Below, one piece after another: positions 48,165 through 57,418 of a DNA stretch of 64,000 nucleotides. The notes beneath the pieces were generated by a model that was not told where the DNA came from, did no database searches, and saw only the letters and a program-made list of their open reading frames with translations. The stretch spans positions 1-64,000 of the IMG/VR virus record IMGVR_UViG_3300021963_000081; one strand, 5' to 3'. A program made the translations under genes and the position numbers. Numbering within the stretch: position 1 is the stretch's first letter; each line of letters starts with the position of its first letter. The DNA is from a virus.

Positions 48165-50954
48165 ATGGCAAATACAGTTAATGTAGGCATTACAACAACA
48201 GCCTGTACTTTCAATCAGTGGCGTATCACCGACAATCTCATGGCGAACGACGTCAACGAGATTGCTCGTGGCAATTTCGTGAAGGCGACTGGAAATGTTA
48301 CCATTTCTAATGGATTCCTTCTTCTTGCAAACTCCTCTGGTGGCGTTATTCTAGATGTTCGTGATGATACGAACATCGACGGAACACTTACCGTAAAAGA
48401 TATCGAAGTTGATAACTCAACTGGTCACGTCTATGTTGATGCTGGCGATATCTGGTTCCGTCGTATGGGCTCGGCAGATCGTTTCTGGAGCAACACGAAC
48501 ACAACATTCTTCTGTTCTAATGTTTCTGTAACAAACGCAGAAGTCGGAACTTTGAATGTAAACAATCAGATGGTGACGGTAAATACCTCCATCTTTAATG
48601 TTGCAAATACTAATCTTGCAGCAACGATGAACGTCCACCCAGCCAATGTTTGGGTATTTGGCGCAAACTTAACTATTCAGAATACTTCTTCTGGATCTTT
48701 AAATGTCTTTAATAGACTATTGCACGTTAACTCTGGTAATTCGTTCTTCGGAAATACTTCTGCGCTTGCAACATTCAATGTCCATCCAGCAAATGTCAAT
48801 TTCTTCGGCACGAATGTAACCGTATCGAATACAACTGCTGGATCACTAAACGTTGATAATCGTCTTGTGATGGTTACAACGCCAAATATTTTCTTCTCAA
48901 ATACTCACTCATCAGCCAGATTTAATGTAAATCCAAATACTTACTTCCATGGCGGTGAGGTAAATGTTGCAAATACTGCGCTTACTTCTACTGTAAACGT
49001 CCATACTGGTAATGTATTCTTCTTCAGCGGAAATGTTACAGTATCAAATACAACTGGTGGCTCTCTAAATGTCGACAATAGACTTGTTATGGTGACAACA
49101 CCTAACATCTATTTCTCGAATACACATTCTTCTGCTCGCTTCAATGTAAATCCAAACACCTTCTTTACTGGTGGCGAAGTCAACGTATCAAATACGGCAT
49201 TGACTTCTACAATGAACGTTCACCCTGCAAATGTTTGGTTCTTTGGTGCAAATGTAACAGTATCAAACACCAGCGATGGTTCATTTAATGTTGATAATCG
49301 TTTGGTCAGAGTAACATCACCAAATGTGATCTATGCAAACACTCATGCTTCCGCAAGATTCAATGTATTCCCAAATACATTCTTCCATGGTGGATTAGTA
49401 AACGTTGCAAACACTTCACAATTTGCTACCGTTAACATTACACCAAACACTTGGATTTTTGCAAACCTAAACGTTGGATCAAACCTTGAAGTCACTGCAA
49501 ACACTTTCTTGTATTCGAACCTAGCGGTATCTAAGAATACACTAATTTCTCAAAATGCAAACGTCGTTGGAACATTCAATGTAACTTCTACTGCTGAAGT
49601 AACTGGAAACACTTCGCTCTATTCAAACCTCGCTGTATCTAAGAATACAACGATGTCGCAAAACGCGAATGTATCTGGTACGATGAATGTTGGTTCAATA
49701 CTAGCAGTCACTGGCAACACTGAACTTCTATCCAACCTTGCGGTTTCTAAGAATACGACGTTGAGCCAAAACGCTAATGTCCTAGGAACTCTCAATGTAA
49801 CATCTTTCCTCGATGTTGGTGCAAATACAGCGATTGCTGGCAATTTAGCGGTATCACGGAACACCTCTACTGGTAACTTGAGTGTTACACAAAATGTCGC
49901 TGCTGGAAATATTGCTGCAGCAAATGCTGTTTTTACAAATAATCTAGCAGCAGGAAATCTTTCTGTTTCTGGTCTATCTAACTCTACTTGCGCAAACATT
50001 ACTACGCTTTGGGTTCAAGACCTAACAGTACAGAATGCCATTGCTGCTCCTGCAACAACGACAGGTTCTGAATATAGATTGCGCGTTAGCCAAGGTTCAC
50101 GCCAAGATGGTTTCTTTGGCGTTGGACTTGGAACTACTGCAAATGGTAATGCATGGTTAAGATTTGATACTTCAGCTGGCAATGTTTGGCGTGCAACGGC
50201 AAATAGCACTGAAGGAACTTACTATACGATTATTACGCGCCAAAATGTATCTGATGATGTTGCAACAACTGATTCATCAAATGTTGCATCACTCACTGCA
50301 GTTAGAATCGCGAATGCAAATGCTCTTGCTGCGTTGGCTGCGGCAAACTCAGGAGCCAATTCTGTTTGGGTCTATGCTTACGGTGGTTCTGTTCTTTCGA
50401 ACGCAAATCTAAACTTCATCAATACTGCTTCTGTGAATGCATTTGCTGCTGCAAATGGTTCAACTCAAGCCAACGTATCGTTTGCAATGAACACTGCAAA
50501 CATTGTGGCAATTGGTACTGGCGCAGCTGCTCTTACGATTTCGCCAAACACTACGATTTCTCAAAATCTAACTGTAAGCGGTAATCTAACTGTCACAGGA
50601 AATATTACTGGTACATTGAAGTCGACAAAAGACTCGCTCACAACTGCTACGGTTTCAGGTGCGACGACTGTTAACTTGAATAACGGTAACTGGTTTAGAT
50701 ATACATTGACAGGAACTCCAACGTTTACATTCGCGAATGCTCCAGCCTCTGGAAATGCAATGACAGTAACGTTGTTAGTATTGCAAAACGGAACAGGAGG
50801 ATATACGCCAGCTTGGGGTAATACAATCTACTGGGCAGGTGGTCAAGTGCCTCCTGCATCTACTGGAGCGAATAAACTTGATATGTGGACATTCACAACA
50901 ACAGATGGTGGAAGTACGTTTATCGGAACATTGGCTGTTAAAGACGCGAGATAA
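48165..50954 (+). CDS. Tail-fibre-like protein with beta-repeats and C-terminal fibre-tip domain
   Basis: TFNQWR N-terminus; ~65-aa and ~40-aa Asn/Val/Thr repeats; C-terminal VNLNNGNWF..TLTG..TFTF.N.P...W...I.WAGG..P...DMWTF.T.DGG. Confidence 0.75.
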   Translation: MANTVNVGITTTACTFNQWRITDNLMANDVNEIARGNFVKATGNVTISNGFLLLANSSGGVILDVRDDTNIDGTLTVKDIEVDNSTGHVYVDAGDIWFRRMGSADRFWSNTNTTFFCSNVSVTNAEVGTLNVNNQMVTVNTSIFNVANTNLAATMNVHPANVWVFGANLTIQNTSSGSLNVFNRLLHVNSGNSFFGNTSALATFNVHPANVNFFGTNVTVSNTTAGSLNVDNRLVMVTTPNIFFSNTHSSARFNVNPNTYFHGGEVNVANTALTSTVNVHTGNVFFFSGNVTVSNTTGGSLNVDNRLVMVTTPNIYFSNTHSSARFNVNPNTFFTGGEVNVSNTALTSTMNVHPANVWFFGANVTVSNTSDGSFNVDNRLVRVTSPNVIYANTHASARFNVFPNTFFHGGLVNVANTSQFATVNITPNTWIFANLNVGSNLEVTANTFLYSNLAVSKNTLISQNANVVGTFNVTSTAEVTGNTSLYSNLAVSKNTTMSQNANVSGTMNVGSILAVTGNTELLSNLAVSKNTTLSQNANVLGTLNVTSFLDVGANTAIAGNLAVSRNTSTGNLSVTQNVAAGNIAAANAVFTNNLAAGNLSVSGLSNSTCANITTLWVQDLTVQNAIAAPATTTGSEYRLRVSQGSRQDGFFGVGLGTTANGNAWLRFDTSAGNVWRATANSTEGTYYTIITRQNVSDDVATTDSSNVASLTAVRIANANALAALAAANSGANSVWVYAYGGSVLSNANLNFINTASVNAFAAANGSTQANVSFAMNTANIVAIGTGAAALTISPNTTISQNLTVSGNLTVTGNITGTLKSTKDSLTTATVSGATTVNLNNGNWFRYTLTGTPTFTFANAPASGNAMTVTLLVLQNGTGGYTPAWGNTIYWAGGQVPPASTGANKLDMWTFTTTDGGSTFIGTLAVKDAR

Positions 50955-50959
50955 TCGCC

Positions 50960-53041
50960 ATGCCAAGACCGTTTGAATTAAATAAAACGTGGATAGTTGG
51001 ACCATCTAGAGGCACAACCTCATTCAATGCACCAAGCAGCATCACCATTGATTATGGTCGTCATGTTGCTTCAGTCTCAGGTCGCGGTGGGTCAGGAAAT
51101 GCGCCTGCAGCTGCCACTTGGGTGACGAATTATAATACCAATTATAACGTTGCATATCCAATTGCAAATCAACCAGCTGTTGCTTGGACCATCAATTATA
51201 GTAGCAATTATAATGTTGCGTATCCGATTGCGACTCAGCCAGAAGCAGCACGTCCAGGTACAGCATGGACAATTAACTATAATGCTGCTGTGTATCCAAT
51301 CGCTAATCAACCAGAAGCAGCTCGACCAGCAGCTGCTTGGACGATTAACTACACTTCAAATTATAATATTGCTTATCCAGAAGCAGGTCGCCCTGTCACT
51401 GCATGGGTAATTAATTATAATTCAAATTACAACGTTGCTTATCCAGAAGCAGCAAGACCTGTTACTGCTTGGACGATCAATTACAACACTAACTACAATG
51501 TTGCTTATCCGATTGCGGCGCAACCAGAAGTTGCTAGACCATCAACTGCTTGGACCATCAATTATAATGTTGCATATCCAGAAGCCGCTAGACCAGTAAC
51601 TGCTTGGACAATCAATTACAATGCTGCTGTGTATCCGATTGCAAATAGACCAGAGGCTGCTCGACCAGCAACAGCATGGACAATTAACTATAACGTAGCA
51701 TACCCAGAGGCAGGTCGACCACCAACAGCTTGGGTTATTAATTATAACACAAATTACAACGTTGCATATCCAGAAGCTGCTCGTCCTGTAAGTGCATGGA
51801 CGATCAATTATAACACCAACTATAATGTCGCATATCCGATTGCGAACCAACCTGTTGCTGGTGTTGATTGGTTTAGAACATGGTCGGTTAATGGGTTTCC
51901 ATATGTATTTTCTGTAGAACCAATTGAAGTTGGGAATTCGCAAAATGCACTCACTCCACTTCCTGCATATGGAAGTAGCCCTAATCTTCCAGGAAGCCCA
52001 GAAACCATCGGAAACTTTAATTTTATGCCTGATGGTCAATTTGGTGAGTTGAGTGCTCAATATTCTTTACTTGGCACAAATTACAATACCAACTATAACG
52101 TAGCATATCCAGTGGCTACCAGACCAGAAGCTGCTCGACCAGCAACTGCTTGGACGATTAACTATAATACTGCTGTGTATCCGATTGCAACTAGACCAGA
52201 AGCCAACCGCCCAGTTACTGCATGGACGATCACTTATAACACAGTAAGACCAGAAGCAACTCGTCCTGCAACTGCTTGGACTATCAATTACAATACCAAC
52301 TATAATGTTGCCTATCCAGAAGCAACTAGACCAGCGACTGCTTGGACTATTAACTATAACGTAGTATATCCAGAAGCAACTCGACCAGCGACTGCTTGGA
52401 CAATTAACTACAATACCAATTACAACGTCGCATACCCAATCGCAACACAACCAGAAGCTGCGCGTCCAGCCACTGCTTGGACTATCAACTACAATACAGT
52501 ATATCCAATCGCAACACAACCAGAGGCGGCTCGTCCAGGAACTGCGTGGACAATTACTTACAATGCTGCTGTATATCCAATTGCCAATCAACCAGAAGCA
52601 ACAAGACCAGTGACTGCCTGGACGATCAATTATAACACGAATTATAATGTGGCATACCCAGAAGCTGCTCGCCCAGCGACTGCTTGGACCATTAATTACA
52701 ATACAAACTATAATGTTGCATATCCGATCGCCAATCAACCAGAAGCGGCTCGACCAGCGACAGTATACAACACCAATTATAATATCGCATATCCAATTGC
52801 CAGTCAGCCGATCGCCAATCAACCGATCACATCTTATGCACCAGGAAATGTGGGAACACCAACTAATGTTCTTGGCGTTTACTTCCCAGGTGGTCCAATA
52901 GATCTTTCAGGATTTGGTGGTCCTTCAGGAACTGCTCCTTATGTTCCGTCAACTGAAGTAGTCTACTGGAGTTTCCCAGACTTCCAAAATCATCCAGTTA
53001 GTGTTCCTCCAGGTGGGTCAATCGACGTTAACATTGAATAA
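50960..53041 (+). CDS. Self-complementary repeat protein A (base - 11 repeats - knob - 11 repeats - base)
   Basis: 693-aa ORF made of TINY/NTNY/NVAY and PIANQ/PEAAR/PATAW units; unique centre at about 51863-52072. Confidence 0.9.
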   Translation: MPRPFELNKTWIVGPSRGTTSFNAPSSITIDYGRHVASVSGRGGSGNAPAAATWVTNYNTNYNVAYPIANQPAVAWTINYSSNYNVAYPIATQPEAARPGTAWTINYNAAVYPIANQPEAARPAAAWTINYTSNYNIAYPEAGRPVTAWVINYNSNYNVAYPEAARPVTAWTINYNTNYNVAYPIAAQPEVARPSTAWTINYNVAYPEAARPVTAWTINYNAAVYPIANRPEAARPATAWTINYNVAYPEAGRPPTAWVINYNTNYNVAYPEAARPVSAWTINYNTNYNVAYPIANQPVAGVDWFRTWSVNGFPYVFSVEPIEVGNSQNALTPLPAYGSSPNLPGSPETIGNFNFMPDGQFGELSAQYSLLGTNYNTNYNVAYPVATRPEAARPATAWTINYNTAVYPIATRPEANRPVTAWTITYNTVRPEATRPATAWTINYNTNYNVAYPEATRPATAWTINYNVVYPEATRPATAWTINYNTNYNVAYPIATQPEAARPATAWTINYNTVYPIATQPEAARPGTAWTITYNAAVYPIANQPEATRPVTAWTINYNTNYNVAYPEAARPATAWTINYNTNYNVAYPIANQPEAARPATVYNTNYNIAYPIASQPIANQPITSYAPGNVGTPTNVLGVYFPGGPIDLSGFGGPSGTAPYVPSTEVVYWSFPDFQNHPVSVPPGGSIDVNIE

Positions 53042-55062
53042 TAGAAACGAATAAATAAGTACAATGCCTTTGGGTATTGGTGCCCATTTCTGGAAAAATA
53101 ATGCCAAAAAGTTCCGATTTAAGTAAAAGCTGGCTGGGCGGAAGTTCTCGTGGAACACAAACGTTTAATGCGCCTTCGTCTCTAACGATTCCATACGGTC
53201 GTTACATTGGTAACGTCACAGGTCGTGGTGGATCTGGCAATGCACCAACAGCTTCTGCGTGGACGATCAACTATAATACAAATTATAACGTAGCATATCC
53301 GATTGCGAATCAACCAGAGGCAGCGAGACCACCAACTGCTTGGACGATTAATTATAATACTAACTATAATGTTGCATACCCAGAAGCTGCACGTCCAGTA
53401 ACTGCTTGGACGATCAATTACAATACGAATTACAACGTCGCTTATCCATTAGCGAATCAGCCAGAAGCCGCTAGACCAGCGACTGCTTGGACAATTAATT
53501 ATAATACTAACTATAACGTTGCTTACCCAATCGCCAATAGACCAGAAGCGGCTAGACCAGCAACAACATGGTCAGTGAACTACAACGTTGCTTATCCGAT
53601 TGCGACACAACCAGAAGCGACTCGACCTGTAACCGCATATACTTCTAACTACAACGTTGCATATCCAATTGCTAACCAGCCAGCAAATGCTTGGACGATT
53701 AATTATAATACTAACTACAACGTTGCATATCCAATTGCTAACCAGCCAGCAAATGCTTGGACGATTAATTATAATACTAACTACAACGTTGCATATCCAA
53801 TAGCAAATAGACCAGAAGCTGCACGACCAGCAACAGCGTGGGTGATCAATTACAACACAAACTACAACGTTGCATATCCAATTGCGAATAGACCAGAAGC
53901 CGCAAGACCAGTGACTGCTTGGTCAACTAACTACAACGTCGCATATCCAGTTGCGAATCAGCCAGAAGCCGCAAGACCTGTGACTGCATATTCAACGAAT
54001 TATAATGTCGCGTATCCAGTGGCTAATCAGCCGATTGCCAATCAGCCAGTTGCCAACTATAATCCACCGAACGCTTATTTCTCCAATTACGTGGTGAACG
54101 CTACCGTATACGGTCCGTACGGTTACAACACGTTTTATGATTATGGATACTATGGTCCTGGATGTCCATCAGCGACATACGAAACGTATTATGATCCTTA
54201 TTTTAATTATTATATAACAGTATACACAACTTTTCCATGCACTGGTTCAGGAAATAGCGCAAATTATAACACAAACTATAACACCAACTACAACGTTGCA
54301 TACCCGATTGCCAATCAACCAGCCAATGCATGGGTGATCAATTACAATACTAATTACAACGTTGCATATCCAATCTCGACGCAGCCAGCCAATGCTTGGG
54401 TAATTAATTATAACACCAACTATAACGTTGCGTATCCGATTGCCAATCAGCCAGAAGCAGCAAGACCTGTTACTGCATGGGTAATTAATTACAATACCAA
54501 TTATAATGTCGCGTACCCAATTGCGACCCAACCAGAAGCTGCTCGTCCCGTTACAGCATGGTCAACAAATTATAACGTTGCGTACCCAATCGCCAATAGA
54601 CCAGAAGCAGCTCGACCAGTCACTGCTTGGTCAACTAACTACAACGTTGCTTATCCGCTCGCAAATCAACCAGCGACTGCATGGACTATCAACTATAATA
54701 CAAATTATAACGTAGCATACCCAGAAGCAAATCGTCCTGTTAATGCTTGGACAATTAACTACAATACCAATTACAACGTCGCTTATCCATTAGCGAATCA
54801 GCCAGAAGCCGCTAGACCTGCTACCGCATGGACCATCAATTATAATTCAAACTATAACGTGGCGTACCCAATCGCAACACAACCAGAAGCAGCAAGACCT
54901 GCTACCACTTGGACTATCAACTACAATACAGTATATCCAATCGCCACGCAGCCAGAAGCTGCCAGACCACCAACTGCTTGGACCATCAATTATAACACCA
55001 ATTACAACGTTGCTTACCCAATTGCCAATCAACCAGAAGCAGCAAGACCAGTGACAACATAT
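51122..55062 (+). repeat. 44 degenerate coding repeats (18-27 aa) in four arms
   Basis: Arms at about 51122-51862, 52073-52837, 53263-54060 and 54259-55062; heavy synonymous divergence. Confidence 0.9.
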
Positions 55063-55266
55063 TCTCCAGGAAACACTGGATCGCCAACCAATGTTCTTGG
55101 TGTCACTTTCCCAGGTGGACCAATTGATCTCTCAGGCTTTGCTGGTCCTCCAGGAACTGCTCCTACTGTTGGTCCAACACAAGTAAGTTATTACAGTTAT
55201 CCTGACGGCGCAAATTATCCTGTTTCTGTTCCTCCAGGTGGACAAATAGTTGTAACACTCGCATAA
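53101..55266 (+). CDS. Self-complementary repeat protein B, paralogue of A
   Basis: ATG 53101 aligns with the start of A (MPKSS/MPRPF); same units; Tyr-rich centre with two Cys at about 54061-54258. Confidence 0.9.
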   Translation: MPKSSDLSKSWLGGSSRGTQTFNAPSSLTIPYGRYIGNVTGRGGSGNAPTASAWTINYNTNYNVAYPIANQPEAARPPTAWTINYNTNYNVAYPEAARPVTAWTINYNTNYNVAYPLANQPEAARPATAWTINYNTNYNVAYPIANRPEAARPATTWSVNYNVAYPIATQPEATRPVTAYTSNYNVAYPIANQPANAWTINYNTNYNVAYPIANQPANAWTINYNTNYNVAYPIANRPEAARPATAWVINYNTNYNVAYPIANRPEAARPVTAWSTNYNVAYPVANQPEAARPVTAYSTNYNVAYPVANQPIANQPVANYNPPNAYFSNYVVNATVYGPYGYNTFYDYGYYGPGCPSATYETYYDPYFNYYITVYTTFPCTGSGNSANYNTNYNTNYNVAYPIANQPANAWVINYNTNYNVAYPISTQPANAWVINYNTNYNVAYPIANQPEAARPVTAWVINYNTNYNVAYPIATQPEAARPVTAWSTNYNVAYPIANRPEAARPVTAWSTNYNVAYPLANQPATAWTINYNTNYNVAYPEANRPVNAWTINYNTNYNVAYPLANQPEAARPATAWTINYNSNYNVAYPIATQPEAARPATTWTINYNTVYPIATQPEAARPPTAWTINYNTNYNVAYPIANQPEAARPVTTYSPGNTGSPTNVLGVTFPGGPIDLSGFAGPPGTAPTVGPTQVSYYSYPDGANYPVSVPPGGQIVVTLA

Positions 55267-55316
55267 ATAGTTTATAATATAATTTTGTTTTCGCAATAAC
55301 ATTTGAGGTGGTCATT

Positions 55317-55919
55317 ATGCCGTATCCTATTCCTCAGTATAACAAAATGCTGAATGAGTTCTGTGTTGCCAATGGAGCATTCACAGAAGAAGAAGTTGAT
55401 AAAATTGTTGATTTAGAAGATTTGCAAAAGTTTCAGCGCGGAGGAATTGGCGGAACTGGCGGTCCTGGGTCGGTCGACAAAAAAGTCCGCGACAGTGATG
55501 TGCAGTGGATAATGCACGACCAACATTCAGATTGGTTATTCCAAAAATTTGCTTATCTGACCTCAATGGTCAATTACGATCACTTCATGTATAATATTGA
55601 CGGTTTTGATAATTTTCAATACACTGTTTATCGCGCAAAAACAAAACAACATTATGATTGGCATATGGATGCTGGTGGACCATGGACACCGTATGTCAGA
55701 AAACTCAGTGCAGTAATTATTCTTTCAGATCCAGATGATTATGAAGGTGGAGAATTCCAGTGTGTTCTTAATGGTCAAGTAGAAAATCTAATGACAGTTA
55801 AGCCACCTCGTGGTGACGCAATCTTTTTCCCAGCTTGGATGCCCCATAGAGTAACACCAGTAACAAAAGGTGTTCGCAAATCATTGGTCTCTTGGGTGAT
55901 GGGTAAAAGAGAAAAATAA
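55317..55919 (+). CDS. 2OG-Fe(II) oxygenase (prolyl-hydroxylase-like)
   Basis: QYTVY, HYDWHMD, RKLSAVIILSDPDDYEGGEF, FFPAWMPHRVTPVTKGVRKSLVSW. Confidence 0.9.
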   Translation: MPYPIPQYNKMLNEFCVANGAFTEEEVDKIVDLEDLQKFQRGGIGGTGGPGSVDKKVRDSDVQWIMHDQHSDWLFQKFAYLTSMVNYDHFMYNIDGFDNFQYTVYRAKTKQHYDWHMDAGGPWTPYVRKLSAVIILSDPDDYEGGEFQCVLNGQVENLMTVKPPRGDAIFFPAWMPHRVTPVTKGVRKSLVSWVMGKREK

Positions 55920-55931
55920 TTGGTTATTAAT

Positions 55932-56675
55932 ATGAATTTTAAAAAATTGGTGAAGTTCTGGGGTAATGATATCATTGAGTTTTATACAACACCAGATTTA
56001 ATTGAGGTCATTCCTGAACCGAGATCAGCAGTCAAAAATCTTCCAGAATGGTTTAAAGATTTAAGTCCTGCTTATGGGGCTGCAGATAATCAAAGAGATC
56101 AATTTGGCAATAAAAATATGACGGCAAAAAAGTGTTTGCCAATGCTAGATGCAATGTCTCTTGGATACACAATTCCCCTTGCAGCAGACCTTCATATCAT
56201 GAGCAACCACGATAATACTCAAATACATGTAACCAATCCTCCAGGATTAAAAGTTTGCGAGTTTCATGATGCAATGCAACTTGGTGGAAATAATAAACTC
56301 GGATTTAAACATGGAAACGCATTAAAATTTATAAATTATTGGCATATAAAGACAGCACCAGGTTGGTCTATTCTATTCACACCTCCATTCAATCATTTTG
56401 CACAACCATTTACTTGTTTAAGTGGATTTGTTGACACTGACGTTTATAGCAACGTTGTGAATTTTCCTGCTGTATTGAACATCTATGATGCAGATATACA
56501 TATACCTGCAGGCACTCCTATGGTCACAGCAATACCTGTAAAAAGAAATTCTTTTCCGAAAAAACCGCCTATTCGTAAGATGACGAAAAAAGAAGCCATG
56601 GAATTGCAAAAATTGCGAAGACGACAAGATACTAGAACTCATCACTATACCTATGAGTTGAGAAAGAGGGATTAA
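55932..56675 (+). CDS. Conserved phage protein of unknown function (possibly dUTPase-like beta fold)
   Basis: LPEWFK, TAKKCLPMLDAMSLGYTIP, WHIKTAPGWSILF, GFVDTD, IPAGTPMV.AIP. Confidence 0.7.
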   Translation: MNFKKLVKFWGNDIIEFYTTPDLIEVIPEPRSAVKNLPEWFKDLSPAYGAADNQRDQFGNKNMTAKKCLPMLDAMSLGYTIPLAADLHIMSNHDNTQIHVTNPPGLKVCEFHDAMQLGGNNKLGFKHGNALKFINYWHIKTAPGWSILFTPPFNHFAQPFTCLSGFVDTDVYSNVVNFPAVLNIYDADIHIPAGTPMVTAIPVKRNSFPKKPPIRKMTKKEAMELQKLRRRQDTRTHHYTYELRKRD

Positions 56676-56677
56676 TC

Positions 56678-57418
56678 ATGTTTAATTGGTTTAAGAAAGA
56701 TGATATTGATTTTAAATTTCTTGATGTTGCAGAAGGAATTGTATATCCACATTATCCACCAGTATTAGCAAAAGATATCAAGCCTCTTAAAGAATTTCAA
56801 GAAAACAAATATGGAGAATATAAATTTCCTGGTTGTCCAGGAATGCATGATTATGCTCGTTTAGGTTATATTATTCCTGCATGGAGCAATATTCATATCA
56901 AAGCAAACAAAGCTGGATTTATGGGAGTTGTAGGTTCTGTTGGTGAAGACAATCAAAAAAGGGGCACACAACTAAAACAACCCCAAAATATGGATACTGC
57001 TATTACAGATGGTCTTTTTGAAATCAATGGTGGAGTTAAATATAGTGTCTTAAATTTTCCTGGTCCATGGAAAATTAATTCTAATAAAAACGTCTCTTGT
57101 TTGTTGCTCCCTGCATACTTCCATAGCAATTTTCTAGACGATTTATATGTGTATCCAGGAATAGTAGACTATAAAGGATTTGGTACAGTAAATTTCATTT
57201 GCGCCCCAAAACGTCCATGTGAAATAGAAATTAAGGCTGGTGACCCTCTTTTGCATGTCATTCCATTTATAACAAATAAAGACATTGTTGCTTCTTATGG
57301 TCCTGCGACAAGAGAAGAAAATGATTACAATAAGATATTAAAGTGGTTTCATGAAAAGAATTTCTACAGAAAGTATTACATGATCCGTAAAAAATTTAAA
57401 CTGGTAAAAGATGTATGA
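56678..57418 (+). CDS. Paralogue of 55932-56675
   Basis: CPGMHDYARLGYIIPAW, PWKI, PGIVD, IKAGDPLLHVIP. Confidence 0.7.
   Translation: MFNWFKKDDIDFKFLDVAEGIVYPHYPPVLAKDIKPLKEFQENKYGEYKFPGCPGMHDYARLGYIIPAWSNIHIKANKAGFMGVVGSVGEDNQKRGTQLKQPQNMDTAITDGLFEINGGVKYSVLNFPGPWKINSNKNVSCLLLPAYFHSNFLDDLYVYPGIVDYKGFGTVNFICAPKRPCEIEIKAGDPLLHVIPFITNKDIVASYGPATREENDYNKILKWFHEKNFYRKYYMIRKKFKLVKDV

Noticed and set aside
51092-55032. CRISPR array or antisense ORFs in the repeat region
   Set aside because: Repeats are degenerate, in frame and have no unique spacers; minus-strand ORFs are shadows of the codon pattern.
50960-55266. DNA inverted repeat or RNA hairpin as the cause of the protein symmetry
   Set aside because: N units are AT-rich (AATTATAAT...) and P units are CCAGAAGCA-like; they are not reverse complements, so the symmetry exists only at peptide level.
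50960-55266. Diversity-generating retroelement (AAY-rich repeats)
   Set aside because: No reverse transcriptase in the window and no template/variable pair differing only at adenines; differences are mostly synonymous third positions.
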